Below are positions 59,001 through 64,000 of a DNA stretch of 64,000 nucleotides, in pieces. The stretch is taken from contig OZ249436.1 in NCBI GenBank assembly GCA_965235115.1, positions 55,926,001 to 55,990,000 on the forward strand, in the 5' to 3' direction. The stretch comes from Laetmonice hystrix (lineage: Eukaryota). Position 1 is the first letter of the stretch; every line of letters begins with the position of its first letter. The notes under the pieces were generated by a model that saw nothing but the letters and a program-made list of their open reading frames with translations, did no database searches and had not been told where the DNA came from. The translations under genes were made by a program, and so were the position numbers.

Positions 59001-62000
59001 TTAACTTCAGCCAGCTATCTCTTCGTGTTTTTTCCCTTAAAATGCGATGGAACGACACATTTCCATTGATACAGCGACTAGCACACCCAACAGCAACACA
59101 GGACACGACCATTTTCTGAAGGACACGTAAAAGAAACGTTACAAACCGCGAAAGATCGCTGAACTGTAAACTGTAAACATACACAACATGTGCCTGCAAG
59201 CATGCTTTCTGCCAACCACTCGCTGGGGCCGAGGGAATCCCCGCGAATGACGTCACCGTGAACGCCCCTATTGTGACATCCAATGGAATGTCTAATCAAC
59301 AAACACGAGGACTGAAGATGAAGACTGAATTCACACGAAGTCCTGTTTGTTGACAAAAACTTCTATTGTGATGTCACAAATCACACTCTCTGCAGGGGTC
59401 ACTTGACCCTCGGTGAATTTTGCTCCATGGGTTTTCCGGTTCCGGTTATGATGAAAATTTCATGTGAGATAGTATATCTATGTGGATTGGCGATGGCCAC
59501 CTTTGTCTATACACACATGTTGTCATACTCGTAGAGCTCGCTTCGCGGCTTCGCGGCTTCGCGGCTCGCTACGCTCACTATTAAAAGACACAAATCATTT
59601 CCACATGTGTTTTTCCCCTGATTTTTTGCCTGACCAAAAAAGCAATTGATGTTCAAAGTTCAATTTCAAACAGTAGGTCCAGTGGCAAAGGACAAAAACC
59701 TCTTTCAACCTCCTGTTCAGCTTTGTAAACTATAATTAAGAATAATACTGATTAACATAGAAAATAAAGCAAAAAAAATAGGGAGATCTTTTTAATTTAA
59801 ATATTTCAATTTGCAGGTGCCACGGCCAATTTCCAAGAAGGTTGCCAAGCCTATTTTATGTGCTTCATCGGATAGAGCAACAGAAAAATTCCTTGACCTT
59901 TTCCATGTTGATTTTTCCCTGACCTTGATATTTCCTAGACCAGACTTTTCCCTGACCCGTTTGAACCCTGTCACATAATGATCTGACTTGAGGGTATTTC
60001 TTTACCCAAATACTACCTTGTTACAACACTCTCCTTAGTAACTTATAACCCATTAAAATTCAGTTAAGGTGACCCATCCTGAGACAAAGCTCTACAAAGT
60101 ATTAAATTACTGATATGTACACAAACCACTACTTGTGAGGAGCTGCCTGTTGGTGGCAGCAGTAGTTCCACTGGTCTGGATACCAGTGAAAATACAGGAC
60201 TTCAGCTCAACAGACTGGAAGCCGACAGAATGCGAGGCTGTTAGGATTAGGGTTAGCCTTAGTTGATATTTCTAGAATTTTTGAAGTCGGCATGGATTTC
60301 CAGTTGGCTAATGTGTCCTGTTGGTCTTGCGTCCTTTCACAGCATTGTGTGCTTTCCACCAGTCTGTTAGCCTTGTGTCCATGTACCCTATTTTAGTCCC
60401 ATGCCAGTAGGTCATCAAGGCTCTTAATTTTTGGGTGGCCTGGAGCAATTTTGCTATTCACTGTGTTCCTTTGTTTTTGAGGCACTACACCTTAATGTGT
60501 CAGATACAGATCTATCCATGAAGGAATATATCGCAGTCTGGAGAGAAGATAGATCTATACTTTAATAGCCGTTTAAATTACTTTAATGCCTCATAAGAAA
60601 GGTTACATGTAATGGCACCAGACCACCCGGGAATGTGGGCCCGTGACGGGACCTTTCACAGATCCCTGCAACAGGTGATTCGTGACTTTGCTCTGTATTA
60701 TGTAAATTATGTATCACAAAAAGCAAAATTTGGGTTGCAAACCGCAATACGATACCCCTTATTTCGAGCCTTGTACACTGTATTGCAGAGGCTGACAGCA
60801 GAACTTGGATGTACTTTTAAAAGTATTTCAGGATATCCTGTCCTAGAAAGTCTTATTCTTATTGTGGGAAAATGCAGATTTTAAATTTGCAAAGATCTTA
60901 TTCAGACTTTTTAGTTTTAGTTTTATTGGAAAAAGAAAAAGATTCTTCCTTAAGATAGTTTAAAAAGTCCAATATTTTCCCTGTTTTACAGCAGAGTAAT
61001 TTAAGGGTGGGGGCTATATCCCCGCGGTAACTTAAACCCCACTAAATTTGATCCGAAGTAAAGATCCATAGCTCTGACCTTATCCCTAACCCCGGTCCCT
61101 ACACCTCCCAAATCCAGGGTTCGCCCAGGCCTTAAAAAATAAAATTCAAATACTTTCAAGGACTTTTATGTACAGCACAAGATTTCAAGGAATCTATCTC
61201 CCAAAGCATTTGTCATGACGTGGTCAAAATTACAAACATAGCTGAGATACAGATTGATTTTTGCAGGAGTGTGACATGAGTGTACATGTACATGAAGAAA
61301 CAAAGTCTGCTCATTGATTTATTTGCACATGTGTGCATTTCCAAAAGTGAGTTAAGTGACCATCACATTTTTACACACTGCCAAAATTCAAGGACTTTCA
61401 AGCACTTTTCCAATACAATCATGAATGATTTTCAAGGTTTTTAAGGCCTTGAAAAATCTCTAATAAAATTTAAGTACTTTCAAGGACTTCAAGGACCTGT
61501 GCGAACCCTGCCTACCCCTGACCTTAACCTGAACCCCTACCCAAAAAGTTTGCAGGTAAGTTACCATGGGGGATTATTTTAAAATAACCAGGTGGGGTGT
61601 GGGGCATTCATGCCTAATTTGTTCCGCACTTTGTGCTTATCCTACGGGCTAATTGATCTGAATGCTGACTTGGGATTGATGTCACTGTCAGCATTCAGAT
61701 CAACTGAATGCTTATCCTATGGGAAAAAATAGTGAAAAGGAACAAAACTTGTTAACATTTAAGAATTACCCACAAAGTTGTGATTAAGTTTTAGCTGAAT
61801 ATTATAGTTTGCTTACAAAGCAGTCACTATTTTATAAAAAATCAAATTCGTGATTAAAATCATGCAAGTCAGATTTTCTTCCAATTTCTTTGAATGTAGA
61901 ACATTTTGTTCACAGTACTTAAAAGGCCATACTTACTACACCACTGCCGATTCCCATGGAGTTCTGAGCAAATCGCTCCTTTGCCTTTATTGCTTTGGCA

Positions 62001-62419
62001 CGCTCATTCTTCAACCTCTCATCATCTTTTAGAAGAGCAACCAATTGCTTTGCCTTTTCCCGAACATTCAATCCTTGGTCCTTATTGTCTTCCACATGCT
62101 GAAAGTCCTTGAGCGTCTGGATCGCAAATATGTTCTCCTTACATTGCTGGGCTACTTTCTCACTGCCCGTTTTGATGATATAATCCAGCAAAACCAAGGA
62201 TTTATAAACGTGTCGCCAGTTCTTGCCATGGTCATTAAGACGTTTCCACACCATCTGCATAATCTCTGTGAAGGCAACCACATTGTACGTAAGGTCTGCG
62301 ATTTCTGACATCAAGGTGCTGGACGGCCCCCATGGGTCATTTGAAGTTGCTTCCCGCACTTTCACCTGTGCGTCAGAAAAGTTGAGCACAACATTCTTGA
62401 TAACTCGCCGCATCGGCAT
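41084..62419 (-). CDS. EPN: Epsin (ENTH domain, two UIMs, DPW repeats, three NPF motifs)
   Basis: ENTH exon 62419-61937 (MPMRRVIKNVV...VREATSNDPWGP...WRHVYKSL). Further exons: 50308-50224, 49694-49531 (UIMs EEELQLQLALAMSKEE and DDVKLQLAIEES), probable 48879-48829 and 46691-46635, 45109-44851 and 44358-44158 (DPW motifs), 43288-43148 (FLGANANLVNLDNL), 42777-42703, 41328-41084 (NPF x3). Phases are consistent. The non-coding first exon was not located. Confidence 0.94.
41846..41967 (-). ncRNA. Box C/D snoRNA copy 5, last intron of epsin
   Basis: Reverse-strand copy, sense to epsin: box C 41959-41953, box D 41856-41853, stem TCTGTTC/GAACAGA. Two substitutions, both upstream of box D. Confidence 0.85.
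52161..52408. repeat. Minisatellite, 16-bp unit, ~15 copies
   Basis: Unit CAGACTGATACAAGCT with +2-nt variants. Confidence 0.95.
55515..55607 (-). CDS. Candidate alternative first coding exon of epsin
   Basis: ATG in strong context (ACCATCATGG), 31 codons MAGKLRQAVRNKTKGHKDRKVLKYEMLDEPE, and a phase-0 donor GAG|GTATGT that matches the phase-0 acceptor at 50308. Confidence 0.5.
55846..57845. repeat. Minisatellite, 66-bp unit, ~30 copies, in the first coding intron of epsin
   Basis: Unit GTACACTCCAGCCAGTGGATGCAGGCCCCTCCCACGGTCCCATACTGATGGTGTGGGACACAGGTT. Confidence 0.97.
58173..59269. mobile_element. Internally deleted ISL2EU-like (PIF/Harbinger-related) DNA transposon
   Basis: TIRs AGGGGCGTTCA / TGAACGCCCCT with AT duplication. 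Convergent remnants: a THAP domain on - (MVVSCVAVGC...SFHR...RRDSW, then frameshifted VCGRHFIS) and the second ORF on + (ARERYGKKL...LPDPY...WQNDPSLWP, then frameshifted TFADIF...KSLDAY). Confidence 0.8.
61115..61510. mobile_element. MITE with CAGGGTTCG termini, nested in an older repeat
   Basis: CAGGGTTCGC / GCGAACCCTG ends with TTCAAGGACTTT subterminal repeats. The host repeat (~61000-61590; CCCCGCGGTAACTTA...TAAGTTACCATGGGG) resembles 63430-63630. Confidence 0.6.
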
Positions 62420-64000
62420 CCTGGTAGATTTTTTGTTCCCCACTCACTGGAATCCACTTAGAGCACAAGGAACATAATATCACTCTGAAAAAAAGAAAAA
62501 CTGTCTTTGTGATTTGAAGACATCATATGTATAATTGCAAACATAAATGTACTAAATACACAACAGAAAACACTTAAATGGTACCATCAACAGAAACACC
62601 TAGGTGAGTGTAACGTACAAAAGCCAAAGAGTACTAGTCCAGTGGCCAACTAACCTTTCAGACCTGGTTTGACAAATTTTCACCTGTAAAATGCAGTGAA
62701 CAGAAATTTCTACAGAGTAGAGTGCTTCTGAATGGCCACTAGTCCCATGGGATAGTGGACCAAGTAAGCCAGCAACCAGTTATGGGAGGACTGCAGTTCC
62801 CATCAGCATATCAAAACCAAGGTGGCATATCATTTTGCTCTGACTTAGTACAACTCATTCAGTCAAAACCATCTGACCATCACCTTTATTTTAACCAGTT
62901 ATTTGGCAATTATTTATACAGTGTGAATTTTGAGCCTTGTATTTGTACTTAGAACTCCTTGATCTTCTGTAGATTTGTCATAACTTGGAATCTATCTAGG
63001 CCAGATTCCAGTCTTTGGTCCTAATTATAACTGTCTGGGCCTAACGTTAGCCTGACTGGTCTGTGTGTTAATACTTTTATCATGGTATACTATAAGGTTT
63101 TAAAAGCAACACTGGTCAGAGATCTCGCTAAAGCATGTCGCGTCCGACATGCTTAAATTATTGCCGACATGCTTGTATATTCTGCCAACGCGTTTTTAGT
63201 TTCAGCAACACGCTACTCTGAGCAAGCAACACAGTACCAAAATTAATCCTTTAAAACAAAATTTCTAACCATCACAGTACCATCAGAGTTGGGAACCAGC
63301 CCAACCACTGACGAAATAAAACAGATGTGGTGTGCAGATTAGGTGTGCGCATTGGCATTAGATCTATACCTGTGGGAGATAAGGTGAGTGCTATATTTCT
63401 GTCCCATAGAGATCCCCGCAACAGCAGGTTATTTCCCCATGGTAACTTCCCCACAAAATTTGTGGGCAGGGGTTGGGGTTAACATGGTTAAGGTCAGGGA
63501 AGGGATAGGAGAGGGATATATGTTTTTGGGAGGTGTAGGGACTGTAGGCACTGGGGTTAGGGATATGGCCAGGGCTATGGATCTTTACTTCTGACCAAAT
63601 TTTGTATTTTACGTTACCACGGGGGACGTCCCCTGCAAGACTATGCAGGGGTTAAAATTAAGGATTTTTCTACAGAAGCAAATATGCAAATAATTGCTTC
63701 CGAAAACAGGTTTTACAATGTATGACATTCAGCCTTCACGGAAGCCATTCACAGTGAACCCTTCACAGTTGCCAGACACTGTGCTGTGGTAATAAAAATA
63801 TTGAGAGGTCTTTGAGAATCAAACTCAAAGCAGGCCATTCATAGTACCAATTGAGAACAACAGAAACAGAAACATGTTATATACTTTCAAAACCTGACTC
63901 TACCGTACTTTTGAATTTCGCTATCTAACTTCTAAGACTTCCTAAGACTAAGTCTAAGCTAATAGTAAAGGCAGTGGTTATTCTGCCAGCATATGGGTGG

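Noticed and set aside
62420..62443. MGNKKSTR extension of epsin in the ORF track
   Set aside because: It starts at GTG. The first ATG is at 62419.

Overview
Intron-rich metazoan genomic DNA, probably from a marine invertebrate (taxon not determinable from the sequence). Three protein-coding genes: an ARL4-family small GTPase with one coding exon (+, 1905-2486), BTAF1/Mot1 (+, 39 coding exons, 14211-31545) and, convergently, epsin (-, 62419-41084). The standout non-coding feature is a ~122-nt box C/D snoRNA-like RNA in five near-identical copies. Four lie in BTAF1 introns (two per intron) and one in the last epsin intron, always sense to the host. Their terminal stems show compensatory changes, and a 12-nt element antisense to U6 snRNA precedes a putative D' box. 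BTAF1 also has a U12-type intron, a GC-AG intron and a 180-bp duplication that creates a poison acceptor. Epsin has a candidate alternative first exon that would give an ENTH-less isoform, plus candidate micro-exons. The rest contains minisatellites, many MITEs, a V-SINE and a deleted ISL2EU-like transposon. Exon boundaries were read by eye from splice signals and protein homology.
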